A DNA stretch of 64,000 bases from Gemmatimonadota bacterium (GCA_034521595.1 JAXHMG010000003.1:1536001-1600000), one strand, 5' to 3'. Counted from the first letter of the stretch, positions 1-10,914 are shown. Notes: generated by a model not told the origin, from the letters alone. Translations and numbers: made by a program.

Positions 1-471
1 CAGGCGTGCCCTGAACCGGAGCAGCCTCACGAAGCCGGCCGCCACTTCTCCGGTAAAGGCGACGGACGCGAGGAAGCCTTCGAATGCGGAAATGCTTTTT
101 GTGCCGAGCACGGCCAGGAACGACGTCTCCTGGTCCCCGGGATCCAGGTCCGCCTCCGGCACCGCCTCGGCGAGATCGAGGAGCCGCGCGATGTTCTCCG
201 GCAGGCCTTCTTCTCTGAACTCGAGCCCGTGAGCGTCGCAGTAGGTCAGGCCCTGCATCAGAAATGTCAGCAGGCTGCTGTCCCATTCACCCAGCTCCGA
301 GGTGTCGAACCCGATGCCGCGCGCCGTCCGCGTTGCTGCCCCGTCTTCCAGAAGCTGCGCGAAGCGCGGCGTTGGACGGCCCAGTTCCCAATCGCCGGAT
401 AGCCCGGCGATGAGCAGATCGTCCTTCTGGTGGATGTCTACCTGCAAGGGGGGCCGCCTTTGAAGAGGCAC
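1..471 (-). CDS. MlaE-family ABC permease with N-terminal STAS-like domain (partial, runs off window start)
   Basis: Not in the ORF track. Manual minus-strand translation from GTG 471 (or TTG 447): VDIHQKDDLLIAGLSGDW...FDTSELGEWDSSLLTFL...SFLAVLG...AFTGEVAAGFVRLLRFRARL, which resembles STAS-MlaE N-termini. Confidence 0.7.
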   Translation of the reverse strand, partial: MPLQRRPPLQVDIHQKDDLLIAGLSGDWELGRPTPRFAQLLEDGAATRTARGIGFDTSELGEWDSSLLTFLMQGLTYCDAHGLEFREEGLPENIARLLDLAEAVPEADLDPGDQETSFLAVLGTKSISAFEGFLASVAFTGEVAAGFVRLLRFRARL

Positions 472-610
472 GACTGCGTCTCAGGACCGTGTTTTCGCCC
501 CCGGCGAAGGTCCATCATCAACGCAGGTGTCGCTAGTGGGGGCCGAGTGCGTGACGCCGAAGAGAACGGTTTCCCGCGCTCGGCAGAGCCCTCTCCGGAT
601 CCTCTCTACC

Positions 611-1642
611 TCACTGGCCGGGATCGGCCACGAGAAGTCTGAACTCTCCGCGGCGGTTCGCCGCGTCGGCCCGCTCTCCGGGGCCGTCGATCACGAGCTC
701 GTTCTGACCGCGGGTCGCGATCTGAACCCGCGTGGCGGAGACGCCCTTCGAAACCAGGTACGCCTTGGTCGCCTCGGCCCGCCTGAGACCCAGCGCCATG
801 TTGTACGCCGCCGTGCCGGGCTCACTCGTGTACCCGGTGATGACGATCCGCATCGCCGGGTCACTCTGGAAGATGCCGACCTTGCTGTCCAGAATGGCCC
901 GCGCAGCGGCACTCAGCTCCGACGAGTTGTTCGCGAAGTGGATCACTTCGGCCATGGTCGCCGCGTCGGTCGCGGCGCCGGCACCCGCGGCCATCATGGC
1001 CCGGTGCTCGGCTTCGACGGCGCGGAGCCGCGCGGTCTCGGCCGCACTGACGGAATCCGCGCGCTGCGGCGTCGGAGCCGTCGCGGGCGCCTGGACCTGG
1101 ACTTCCCGCGTAACGGTGCGGGTCTCCACCGCCGGGTGACGGTAGATGCTGATGCCGGCGTGGATGGCCCGGTTCCAGCCCCCACCCATGGACATACGAT
1201 CCGTGATGGCGTCCACACGGAGAGCCACGTTGTCGGAGATCGCGTACTTGGCTCCGAGAAGCCCGTGGATCCCGTAGCTGACGTGGAAGTTGGTGTCGAA
1301 GTCATTGACGCCGGCGCCCACGAGGAGCGAAAGCGGGCCCACCTTGACGGGCACTGCGGTCAGCCGTGCGGCGACCATGCCCACGTTCACGTCGGCGAGC
1401 CCGAGCGAACGGCTCGCGCTGCTGCCGCCGCCCTCGAACTCCGCGGACAGCCATGGCACGATGAAGACGCCGATCCGGCCGCCTGCGCCCCAGCCGTTGT
1501 CCATGTTGAGACTGTTGTCGTAGGAGGTGCTGCTGCCGAATCCTCCGACCTCCATCGTCCCGCGTACCTGCGAAGCGGCCGGTGCGGCCGATGCGGCCGC
1601 CACGAGCAGAACGACGCCTATTGTAGTGGTTCTGACGAACAT
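611..1642 (-). CDS. OmpA family outer-membrane protein (beta-barrel plus OmpA_C domain)
   Basis: Signal peptide MFVRTT...AAS; C-terminal IHFANNSSEL, ITGYTS, YNMALGLRRA, ANRR motifs. Start moved to ATG 1642, which follows an AGGAG RBS. Confidence 0.88.
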   Translation of the reverse strand: MFVRTTTIGVVLLVAAASAAPAASQVRGTMEVGGFGSSTSYDNSLNMDNGWGAGGRIGVFIVPWLSAEFEGGGSSASRSLGLADVNVGMVAARLTAVPVKVGPLSLLVGAGVNDFDTNFHVSYGIHGLLGAKYAISDNVALRVDAITDRMSMGGGWNRAIHAGISIYRHPAVETRTVTREVQVQAPATAPTPQRADSVSAAETARLRAVEAEHRAMMAAGAGAATDAATMAEVIHFANNSSELSAAARAILDSKVGIFQSDPAMRIVITGYTSEPGTAAYNMALGLRRAEATKAYLVSKGVSATRVQIATRGQNELVIDGPGERADAANRRGEFRLLVADPGQ

Positions 1643-1747
1643 TGTGATTCTCCTGGAGAAGTTCCTGGTCGCGGGCTGGTTCGCCTGCCTGACGAGGCGT
1701 CCGCTGGAACTCGGTGCGGAGCCGCGGTCCTGTCGTTGGACCATCGT

Positions 1748-1777
1748 GCCGGAGCCGGCCAATTGGCCGGCTCCGGC
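1748..1777. repeat. 30-bp perfect palindrome between the ice-binding gene and the OmpA gene (possible mRNA stability or terminator hairpin)
   Basis: GCCGGAGCCGGCCAA|TTGGCCGGCTCCGGC; no U-tract. Confidence 0.6.
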
Positions 1778-1783
1778 CCCCGG

Positions 1784-3049
1784 TCACGGAAGGGTGATGG
1801 TGTTGTTCGTGCCCAGCGAGACGGCCCCGTTCCTGGCCAGCGCCCTGCCGTTCAGATTCGCGTTGTCCACCAGCGTGATGCTGGTCAGCGCGAGGATGTT
1901 GCCCTGCCACTGCGAGGCGGTGCCGAGCGTGGCGGAGCTGCTGACCTGCCAGTAGACGTTGGCGGCCTGTGCGCCGTTGATCAGCACGACGTCGCCCGCG
2001 GTCGTCAGCGAGGTGCCGGCCTGGAAGATGAAGACCGCGTCCGGATCGCCGCCGCCGTCGAGCGTCAGCGTACCGGTCACGCCGATACCGCTCTCGGTGC
2101 AGTAGACGCCGGCCGGCAATGTGGTGCCGCCCAGGTCGGCCACGATGGCGTTGCTCGGGTCGCAGGGGAGCCCGGCGAGCTGGTCGTACGCGTTGACGAG
2201 GTCGATCTGGGCCTGCTCGGCGACCGCGGTGGCGAGTTCCTGCACACCGGTGATGGTGCACGGCGGGAAACCGGAGACGTCACTGCCCGGGTGGATGCTC
2301 ACGTCGGCGTCGATGGTGCCGAGGTCGATGCAGGTCACTTCCGTGCCCGCGATGATGCCGTTGGGCTCGGCGGCCCCGAGGATCGAAGCCGGATCATTGG
2401 CGGCGACGACCGTGACGGTCGCGAACCCTGACAGGGTGCCGCTGGTGGCCATCACGGTGTTGGTGAAGGTTCCACCCACGCTTCCGGCGGTGAAGACGCC
2501 GGTACTGGCGTCGATGGTGCCTCCACCCGCTTCGACCGACCACGTGGGCGTGACTGTGACGGGATTGCCGCCCGCGTCTTCGGCCGTAGCGGTGAACTCC
2601 TGCACGCTGTTGACGAGCATGGACTGCGGGTCAGGGGAGACGGTCAGGCTCTCGGCCGGCCCGGCGGTCACGGTGACCGTCGCGGAACCGGAAATGGCGC
2701 CGCTCGTGGCGACCACGGTGTTCTCGAAGGTTCCGGTCGTCGTACCCGCGGTGAATATCCCGCTGGCGTCGATGGTGCCTCCACCCGCTTCGACCGACCA
2801 CGTGGGCGTGATCGAAATGGCGTTGCCCGCGCCGTCCACGGCCGTGGCGGTGAACTGCTGGGTGCCGTTGATCTCCATCGTCGTCGCGTCGGGCGTGACG
2901 GTGATCGTGGCGATGTCGCCGGGGCCAGACGGCGAGTGGACGTCACAGGAAGCGGACATCACCGCGACGAGCGCCGCTGCGACGACCCACCGGCCGGTCT
3001 TGAAAGGGGTGTGCGGCGCTCTTGGCGCGCGGTTCGTCGGGATTTTCAC
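1784..3049 (-). CDS. Lipoprotein with two Ig-like (Big_2) repeats and a C-terminal DUF3494 ice-binding-like domain
   Basis: Lipobox MSASC; two ~86-aa repeats (TPTWSVEAGGGTIDAS); DUF3494 motifs TLPAGVY, VFIFQ, NVYWQVSSSATLG, GNILALTSITL, GRALARNGAVSL; GGAG RBS before GTG. Confidence 0.88.
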   Translation of the reverse strand: MKIPTNRAPRAPHTPFKTGRWVVAAALVAVMSASCDVHSPSGPGDIATITVTPDATTMEINGTQQFTATAVDGAGNAISITPTWSVEAGGGTIDASGIFTAGTTTGTFENTVVATSGAISGSATVTVTAGPAESLTVSPDPQSMLVNSVQEFTATAEDAGGNPVTVTPTWSVEAGGGTIDASTGVFTAGSVGGTFTNTVMATSGTLSGFATVTVVAANDPASILGAAEPNGIIAGTEVTCIDLGTIDADVSIHPGSDVSGFPPCTITGVQELATAVAEQAQIDLVNAYDQLAGLPCDPSNAIVADLGGTTLPAGVYCTESGIGVTGTLTLDGGGDPDAVFIFQAGTSLTTAGDVVLINGAQAANVYWQVSSSATLGTASQWQGNILALTSITLVDNANLNGRALARNGAVSLGTNNTITLP

Positions 3050-3262
3050 AGGTACTCTCCTAATGCAGTTTATGCGCTTCTCGAATGTTTCGGGTGCGGA
3101 CCCTTACGGCTGGTCCGCTGATTCCCTGCTTATAAAGATGCCGGCAGCGCCTTCCGCGTACCATCAGCCGATCGGGGGGAAGGAGAGGGATGGCCGGCGG
3201 GTGACCCGGAGTCACCCGAATGGATTAGAGCCGTCGAGGGAGAGGGGGTGGAGGGGAGAGCG

Positions 3263-3607
3263 TCAGCTTCCTTCCGGTTCTACCGCGCCCCCGACCGGTA
3301 CCGGGTCGGTGACCAGAAAGTCGACACCGAGCGCCCTCAGCTCCGTTTCGAGCTTCTGATGGATATCGAGGTCCAGCTCGGGGCTGTCGCTCACGATCAA
3401 CACGTGGGTCACCTGCGGCTCCGTGATCAATCGGGCGGTCCAGGTCCGGGCTTCTCGTTCCGCAACGCCGTGTTCCCCTTCCAGAAGGCCACGAAGTGCC
3501 GCCATACCCTGTTCGCGGTGCGGCGGCATCAGCTCGTACCCATACGCCCACAGAGTGCGTCCGGAGGAGGGTGTCCCATCCTCGGCGACTCGTCTCTTAT
3601 CCACCAT
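3263..3607 (-). CDS. Hypothetical protein (114 aa)
   Basis: GGAGGGG RBS upstream; protein-like composition; co-oriented with the regulator and the ice-binding gene. Confidence 0.65.
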   Translation of the reverse strand: MVDKRRVAEDGTPSSGRTLWAYGYELMPPHREQGMAALRGLLEGEHGVAEREARTWTARLITEPQVTHVLIVSDSPELDLDIHQKLETELRALGVDFLVTDPVPVGGAVEPEGS

Positions 3608-3792
3608 GATGTTATCCCCTCCGGGTAAGCTCGAACCCGCACGTGGCGCCGATTCCAGCTTCAGGGACTCGGGTGCCCGCGGCAGGGATCGGCGACTTGC
3701 GAGCCAGAGCGCTCACGTCTCGATACGGACGCTAGCGGCCCCCCCGGGGGGGAGCCATCCCACGAACGGGGGAGGACCGGGGGACGAAAAGG

Positions 3793-4449
3793 CTACTCTG
3801 CCTCTTCTTCGTCGACGGTCGTCTTGTGGAGGTATGCCGCGATCTGGAGGCGGGTGCGCAGCGCCAGCTTGTCCATGATGTTCCGGACGTGGCTCTTCAC
3901 CGTGTGAGGAGAGATGCCCAGGGTTTTGGCGATGGCCTTGTTGCTCAACCCGTCCCCGATCAGGGCCACCACCTTCCGTTCCCGAGCGGTCAGTTCGGTG
4001 GCCTCGCTCACCTCTTGGAGGTCCCGGGCGACGGCGTTCTCGACGATCTGGGCGAAGAGGGTCGAGGTCATCGCGGGGGGTAGGACGGTCTTTCCCGCGG
4101 CGACCGACCGGATGGTGGTCACCAACTCCTCGAGCGTGGCCTCCTTCAGGATGAATCCCGCAACGCCGACGTTGATGAAGTCGACGAGATCCTCGTGGAC
4201 GGGAAGGAGGTCCATGACGATCACCTCCATCGCCGGAAGCTCGCTCTGTATGCGCTGGGCCAACTCCAGGCTGTCGTCGTCCTCGAGGCCCACGTCCAGG
4301 AGAAGGACATGAGGCTTCGCTGCCGCGAGGCCCTCGAGGCTACCATTCGCGTCGGAATAGGTGACGGCGAGGTCTTCCTGCTCGTTCAGCCTGAGTGTGA
4401 GTCCCTCGCGAACGAGGCGGTTGTCCTCGATGATGGCGATTCTGATCAT
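3793..4449 (-). CDS. NarL/LuxR-family response regulator (REC + HTH)
   Basis: IAIIEDN...LLLDV receiver domain; LTARERKV...GLSNKAIA...SPHTVKSHVRNIMDKL HTH. Start ATG 4449. Confidence 0.92.
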   Translation of the reverse strand: MIRIAIIEDNRLVREGLTLRLNEQEDLAVTYSDANGSLEGLAAAKPHVLLLDVGLEDDDSLELAQRIQSELPAMEVIVMDLLPVHEDLVDFINVGVAGFILKEATLEELVTTIRSVAAGKTVLPPAMTSTLFAQIVENAVARDLQEVSEATELTARERKVVALIGDGLSNKAIAKTLGISPHTVKSHVRNIMDKLALRTRLQIAAYLHKTTVDEEEAE

Positions 4450-4471
4450 GGAGCGTAGGATGGAGGCGGAA

Positions 4472-4760
4472 ATGAGACGACTTACCTTGTTGGGCCTGTT
4501 GTTCGCATCGGCGCTGGCACCAGGAGCCCTGGAGGGCCAGACTCTCACGGGGAACGTGCAGGATCAAGCCACCGGCCAGCCCCTGGCATCCGCTCAGGTC
4601 TACATTGCCGGTCTCGATATCGGGGGGCTGACGCAGGCGAACGGCGACTACCTCCTGCTCAACGTGCCCCCCGGGACGCACGCGGTCACCGTGCAACAGC
4701 TCGGGTACCAGACCCAGAGCCGGGAAGTGACGGTCGCTACCGGCCAGACCGCCGTCCAAG
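4472..4760 (+). pseudogene. 5' fragment of a SusC-like TonB-dependent receptor (signal peptide + CarboxypepD-like domain), interrupted by an IS91-like element
   Basis: GGAGG RBS; MRRLTLLG...LTGNVQDQATGQPLASAQV...YLLLNVPPGTHAVTVQQLGY...TAVQ, similar to the SusC segment at 17.1-17.35 kb. Homology stops at CAAG 4757-4760. Confidence 0.82.
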
Positions 4761-6049
4761 GAGAAGGAAATTCAACCGGGGTCGGTCCCGCCAGAAGGAT
4801 CGTAGTTCGACGGGATTGGGTCCCGCAAGAACGGTTCTCGCACGGGTTTCGATGTCCTGCGGCGGGGTGCCGAGCGCGCGCGGGGTGCAGGCTCCGCACG
4901 GATGGGCGCACGGGTCGCCCTGATGTCTTGCTGGGCGGAGGTCGCGCAGGCGGCGGCTGAGCCCCGAGGCCTGGGCGGCTCAGGCGCTCCAGGTCCCGTC
5001 GTCTCCGGGCAGGCTCTGATCGAAGGGGTCTGGGCCCGCGGCCGCATGGCTTCCCTGATCCCAGGGCGAGGGCGGATCGACAGCGATGAGCTCGGTCTGC
5101 GGCGCGCCTCGGGCGGGCGAGATGGGTGGCGGGTGTTCGGGGATGCGCAGATGCCGGAGGAGGGGGCGTACGACCGCCGGGTCGGTGAGAAAGGCGAGGA
5201 TGCGCATCTGACCGTGACAGGCCGGACAGCGCAGCGGGTCGATCTCGTAGACGCGCGCAAGGAGCTGGGCCCAGCGACGGCGGGGGCCGCGGTCGGGCCC
5301 GCGATCGCACACGGAGCCGGGTGCGGTGGCGTCCCCAGCGGGCTCCGAGCTGGATGCCACCTCCTCCGCGTCCCGCCGCTGGAGGATCGGCGTGAGCGCC
5401 CGTGCACGCTCGGCGTCCAGCCCTACGGCCGAGTGGAACTGAAGCGGAGCGCCCTCCTCGCCGTGCTCCCGCGCGAACAGACCATCGGTGACCGCCACGT
5501 GGAAGTGAGGGTGCGGATTCAGGCCCGACCCGAAGCGGTGCAGGAAGGACACGGCGCCGAGGCGGGCGTCGGACGCGGCGCCTCGGACGGAGTCGCGAAG
5601 CTCGTTCCTTATGACCCGAAGCAGGATGCGCAGCACGGCGCCTGCCAGATCCGAGTTCCGCAGGAGGTGCGGACGCACCCGCTTGGGTACGGACAACACC
5701 CACTGACGTATCGGTACGGCCGGTACCACGCTGTCGCTCAGGTGGGCCGCGACCTCGACCATGCGCCGATTCGTACACGACGGGCAGACACATCTCCCCT
5801 TGCAGCTGAACGCCACCAGCCGCTCCTGCCCGCACTCGGTGCACCGCGCCCGAGCGAAGCCGAACGCCAGAATACCGCACGTGAGGTAGCGGCGGAACTC
5901 GGGCTCGGCCCATGGAGGCAGATGATTGACCTCGCCCTCGTCGACCATCGCGAGGTACGTCTCGAGATGGTGCTGGACCACTTGGTAGAGAGGCGTCTGC
6001 TCCGGGTGCCGCCGTCGGTAGACGGGCGACGGCCAGAACCCCGATCGGG
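4761..6049 (-). mobile_element. Defective IS91/ISCR-like rolling-circle insertion sequence
   Basis: Minus strand ends GGTTGAATTTCCTTCTC|CTTG: an oriIS-like end abutting an IS91-type CTTG target tetranucleotide. Contains a HUH transposase remnant. Confidence 0.8.
4980..6020 (-). pseudogene. IS91-family transposase, 5'-truncated and internally deleted
   Basis: YRRRHPEQTPLYQVVQHHLET, Zn-finger region CGILAFGFARARC..C..SCKGRCVCPSC, HUH motif HPHFH, C-terminal WAQLLARVYEIDPLRCPAC. The catalytic Tyr segment is missing, and there is no start codon upstream of the YRRR motif (in-frame TAA at ~6060). Confidence 0.8.
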
Positions 6050-6069
6050 CTAGGGCCTGTTAACACTAG
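6050..6069. mobile_element. Possible IS5-family terminal scar CTAG-GGCCTGTTAACA-CTAG
   Basis: 12 bp flanked by a CTAG direct repeat, exactly at the IS91/groEL junction. Confidence 0.4.
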
Positions 6070-6089
6070 CGGGGTGATGGGCCATCTTC

Positions 6090-7620
<1,531 letters not shown>

Positions 7621-7730
7621 GCCCCGAGTTGCCTTGCCACCCCATTGCCCTGGGGCGCCCTGGCACGGACACTACACTCGCGGGGGCCACCCCGCACCAA
7701 CCCGAGCCGCGAAGGAAGGAGAGAAGCGAG

Positions 7731-7856
7731 ATGTCCGTCGGACGAGCCCGTACCCGAGTCGTCGGCACGGCCGCGCCCAGAGAGACCGTCCGGGCGGCGG
7801 CGGAGCGCATGACCGAACACGACGTGGGCCCCGGGATCAAGGCGGAAGCCCGATGA
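7731..7856 (+). pseudogene. Truncated CBS-domain protein (N-terminal remnant)
   Basis: AAGGAG RBS; MSVGRARTRVVGTAAPRETVRAAAERMTEHDVG resembles the start of a CBS pair, then stops after 41 aa, overlapping the USP start (ATGA). Confidence 0.6.
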
Positions 7857-8761
7857 AGCAGGTCATGGTCGCCCTGGATGGATCGTCGTTCGCGGAGCAG
7901 GCGCTCGGTCCCGCCATCGACATTGCGAACCGCGCGGGGGGCCGCTTGGACCTCGTCAGCGTCTGCAACCCGGCCGACGCCGGCCCCGCGCTGGCCGACG
8001 TGGAGCTCTCGCTGGAGGAGGAGGTGAGCCGGTACCTGGACGACGTGCGGGAGAAGATCGGTCCGCACGACGATCTGGAGGTGGAGGCCCGCGTATTGAC
8101 GGGCTATCCCGCGGCTGCCCTGGTCGAAGAGGTCGAGGAGCGTCGCGTGGATCTCGCGGTCCTCTCGACCCACGGCCGAGGCCCTGTGAGTCGCGCATGG
8201 CTGGGAAGCGTTGCCGATCGCTTCGTCCGTGAGGCCCCCTGCCCCGTCCTCCTGGTGCGGCCCGACGAGACCGACGGCGCGGCCGACTTCAACGAGCCCT
8301 TCGAAGTCCGGCACGTGGTCGTGCCCATGGACGGATCGGAGGTGGGCGAAGCCGTCCTGGAGCGTGCGGCCGAGATGGCTCGCCTCTTCGGCGCGCGAAT
8401 CACCCTCTTTTCCGCCGTCGGGCGTCGAGAGCTCATCAATCGCGACTTCGTGCCCCACGTCGAGTACGTCACCTACGACCGCCTCCTGAGCGACCGCGTG
8501 GCCCAGGCACGAACCGAGTTGGAGGAGATCCGGGAGCGCCTGCGAACACGAGAGATCACAGCGGACGTCGTCGTCGTCGAGGACTCCAACCCCGCCACGG
8601 CGATTCTGGAGTTCGTGTCCAGTGAGAAGCCGGACCTGGTGGCCATGGGCACCCACGGTCGGAAAGGCATGGCCCGCATGGTCCTCGGGAGCGTCGCGGA
8701 CAAGGTGGTGCGGAGTGCGACCACTCCGGTGCTTCTCGTACGACCTCCGTGGGAGGAGTGA
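7853..8761 (+). CDS. Universal stress protein (tandem USP domains)
   Basis: MKQVMVALDGS...STHGRG...LGSVADRFVREAPCPVLLVR; second domain VVPMDGS...MGTHGRKG...LGSVADKVVRSATTPVLLVRP. Confidence 0.92.
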   Translation: MKQVMVALDGSSFAEQALGPAIDIANRAGGRLDLVSVCNPADAGPALADVELSLEEEVSRYLDDVREKIGPHDDLEVEARVLTGYPAAALVEEVEERRVDLAVLSTHGRGPVSRAWLGSVADRFVREAPCPVLLVRPDETDGAADFNEPFEVRHVVVPMDGSEVGEAVLERAAEMARLFGARITLFSAVGRRELINRDFVPHVEYVTYDRLLSDRVAQARTELEEIRERLRTREITADVVVVEDSNPATAILEFVSSEKPDLVAMGTHGRKGMARMVLGSVADKVVRSATTPVLLVRPPWEE

Positions 8762-8804
8762 GCCGCTCGGACCGGGCGAGCGACCGAGTGCGGGACAACG
8801 AGCC

Positions 8805-10109
8805 ATGACGGACACGCATTGCTGCCCGGCGTTGTTGGTCGCCGCCCCGGCTTCCGGCCATGGCAAGACCACGGTCACCGCGGCGCTGGCGCGTCATCAT
8901 CGCAACCGGGGACGGCGGGTGCGGGTGTTCAAGGTGGGACCGGATTTCATCGATCCCATGATCCACGAATGCGCCGCCGGTACGCCCGTATACCAGTTGG
9001 ATCTGTGGCTGGTCGGCGAAGACGCCTGCCGGCGGCTGTTGTACGAGGCGGCGGCCGACGCCGATTTGATCCTGGTCGAGGGGGTCATGGGCCTGTTCGA
9101 CGGCAACCCGTCCACTGCAGATCTCGCGGAAACACTCGGGTTGCCGGTGTTGGCGGTGATCGATGCAAGCGCCATGGCGCAGACCTTCGGCGCGGTGGCG
9201 CTGGGTTTGGACCGGTACCGGGACGCCGTTCATGTCACGGGCGTGATCGCCAACCGCATCGGAAGTCCCGCTCACGAGCAGATGCTACAACAGGCTCTGC
9301 CGCCGGCCATCGATTACTACGGCAGCCTGCCCCGCGATGAAGCGATCACCCTGCCGGATCGCCACCTCGGCCTGGTGCAGGCGGAGGAGATCGACGACCT
9401 GGATGGACGTCTCGACGCCGCCGCCGAACAGCTCGGCCGGAGCATGGAGGTGGCGCTCCCGGAACCGAGCACATTCCCGCGCCCGAAGGCCTCGGTCGAT
9501 CACGAAGACAGCGGCCAACCGCTGGCCGGCCGGTGCATCGCCGTGGCCCGCGACCGCGCCTTCGCTTTCGTCTATCGGGCCAACCTCGATCTGTTGCAGC
9601 AGTTGGGTGCCGACCTCGCTTATTTCTCACCGGTGAACGGCGAGGACCTGCCTCCGGCCGACGCCGTCTATCTGCCCGGGGGCTATCCGGAACTGCACCT
9701 CGACGCGCTGGCTGCCAACGAACCGCTGAAACAGGCGCTAGCCGCTCATCATGCCGCCGGCAAGCCGTTGGTCGCCGAGTGTGGCGGCATGCTCTACCTG
9801 CTCGAGTCGCTGACCGACAAGCACGGCACAGTAGCGGCCATGGCCGGCCTGCTGCCGGGGACCGCCGTCGTGCAGGAACGGCTGACGGCGCTGGCCTTGC
9901 AAGCGGTGACCTTGCCGGAAGGCACGCTGCGCGGCCATACGTTCCACCACGCACGCATGAACTCACCGCTCGAGGCCATCGCCCGCGGCGAGTGTCCGAA
10001 CCGGAGGAGTACGGCCGAGGCGGTCTATCGTGACGGGCGGCTCACGGCCAGCTACATCCACTTCTATCTGCCATCGAACCCGGCCGCCGCTGCAGCGCTG
10101 TTTCGGTGA
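8805..10109 (+). CDS. cobB: Cobyrinate a,c-diamide synthase
   Basis: APASGHGKTT P-loop, FKVGPDFIDP, EGVMGLFDG, RHLGLV, glutaminase domain YLPGGYPE/AECGGM, SYIHFY. Confidence 0.92.
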   Translation: MTDTHCCPALLVAAPASGHGKTTVTAALARHHRNRGRRVRVFKVGPDFIDPMIHECAAGTPVYQLDLWLVGEDACRRLLYEAAADADLILVEGVMGLFDGNPSTADLAETLGLPVLAVIDASAMAQTFGAVALGLDRYRDAVHVTGVIANRIGSPAHEQMLQQALPPAIDYYGSLPRDEAITLPDRHLGLVQAEEIDDLDGRLDAAAEQLGRSMEVALPEPSTFPRPKASVDHEDSGQPLAGRCIAVARDRAFAFVYRANLDLLQQLGADLAYFSPVNGEDLPPADAVYLPGGYPELHLDALAANEPLKQALAAHHAAGKPLVAECGGMLYLLESLTDKHGTVAAMAGLLPGTAVVQERLTALALQAVTLPEGTLRGHTFHHARMNSPLEAIARGECPNRRSTAEAVYRDGRLTASYIHFYLPSNPAAAAALFR

Positions 10110-10161
10110 GGAGGCGGCGGGGCGTCGTTCGAGGGCTGCGCGAGGGGGGCCGGTCGCCGCT

Positions 10162-10914
10162 TCAGCTCCCTCCACCGTCTCGGGATCCGGTCTCGATCAG
10201 TATGACCCCCGCCGCGGCGAGCGGATACCGGGTGGTAGCCACCGATCCGCGGAGGATCCGGATCCTCGTCACCGATGCCGCCGGAATCTGGTTCAAGGCG
10301 TCGATGGCTCCCGCAGCCCCTCCCTCGTCGATGCGCACACCGTTCAGATAGATCGCCGGGTCGTTCGGCAGGGTCAGAGAGCTCACGCCTCGGAGCCGAA
10401 CCCTGGCGCCCGATCCCACGTCGCCGTCGGTGCGGGACACCGTCAATCCGGGCACCTGCTGCTCGAGGAGGTCGACGGCCGTACCGCTCGCGTCGTCCCG
10501 GCCGGACACGTCGGATTCAACATGCCCTTGCTCGCGATCCGCGTCTCCGGTCACCCGGAGACCCTCCAGCACGGCCGTCACGGGAAGGAGCTCAAATCGT
10601 ACGACCGAGACCTCGCCGGGCAGGACTTCCAATGTTTCCACCAGCGTGCTGTAGCCGTCCCGCTCGATCCGGACGGTCACGTCCCCCTCGCTCACTCCCT
10701 CGATCGAAAACCGTCCGTCCTCTTCGGTGAGCACACCACTCCGGGAATCGGACAGGACGACCGTAGCACCCTCGATGGGCTCGCCGCTCTCTTCATCGAC
10801 GACCGAACCGATCAATGCCCCCTGGGTCTGTGCGCCGACCGCGGCAGCGCCCACGAGCAGAGCGAGCGCCACGATCCCGCCCCGGCCGACGACCTTGGAG
10901 GATGATGAGGACAT
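10162..10914 (-). CDS. Secreted CarboxypepD-like + TonB plug protein with no beta-barrel
   Basis: Signal peptide; GSVVDEESGEPIEGA; plug motifs RVRLRG, PAIYLNGVR, IRILRG, GVILIET, then stop. Confidence 0.8.
   Translation of the reverse strand: MSSSSSKVVGRGGIVALALLVGAAAVGAQTQGALIGSVVDEESGEPIEGATVVLSDSRSGVLTEEDGRFSIEGVSEGDVTVRIERDGYSTLVETLEVLPGEVSVVRFELLPVTAVLEGLRVTGDADREQGHVESDVSGRDDASGTAVDLLEQQVPGLTVSRTDGDVGSGARVRLRGVSSLTLPNDPAIYLNGVRIDEGGAAGAIDALNQIPAASVTRIRILRGSVATTRYPLAAAGVILIETGSRDGGGS

Noticed and set aside
527-2431. Long 634-aa plus-strand ORF, and similar long antisense ORFs (14616-16976, 26292-28109, 27856-29724, 36837-38606, 52543-54249, 55781-58000)
   Set aside because: Shadow frames of well-supported opposite-strand genes in GC-rich DNA; Arg/Gly/His-rich with no recognisable motifs.
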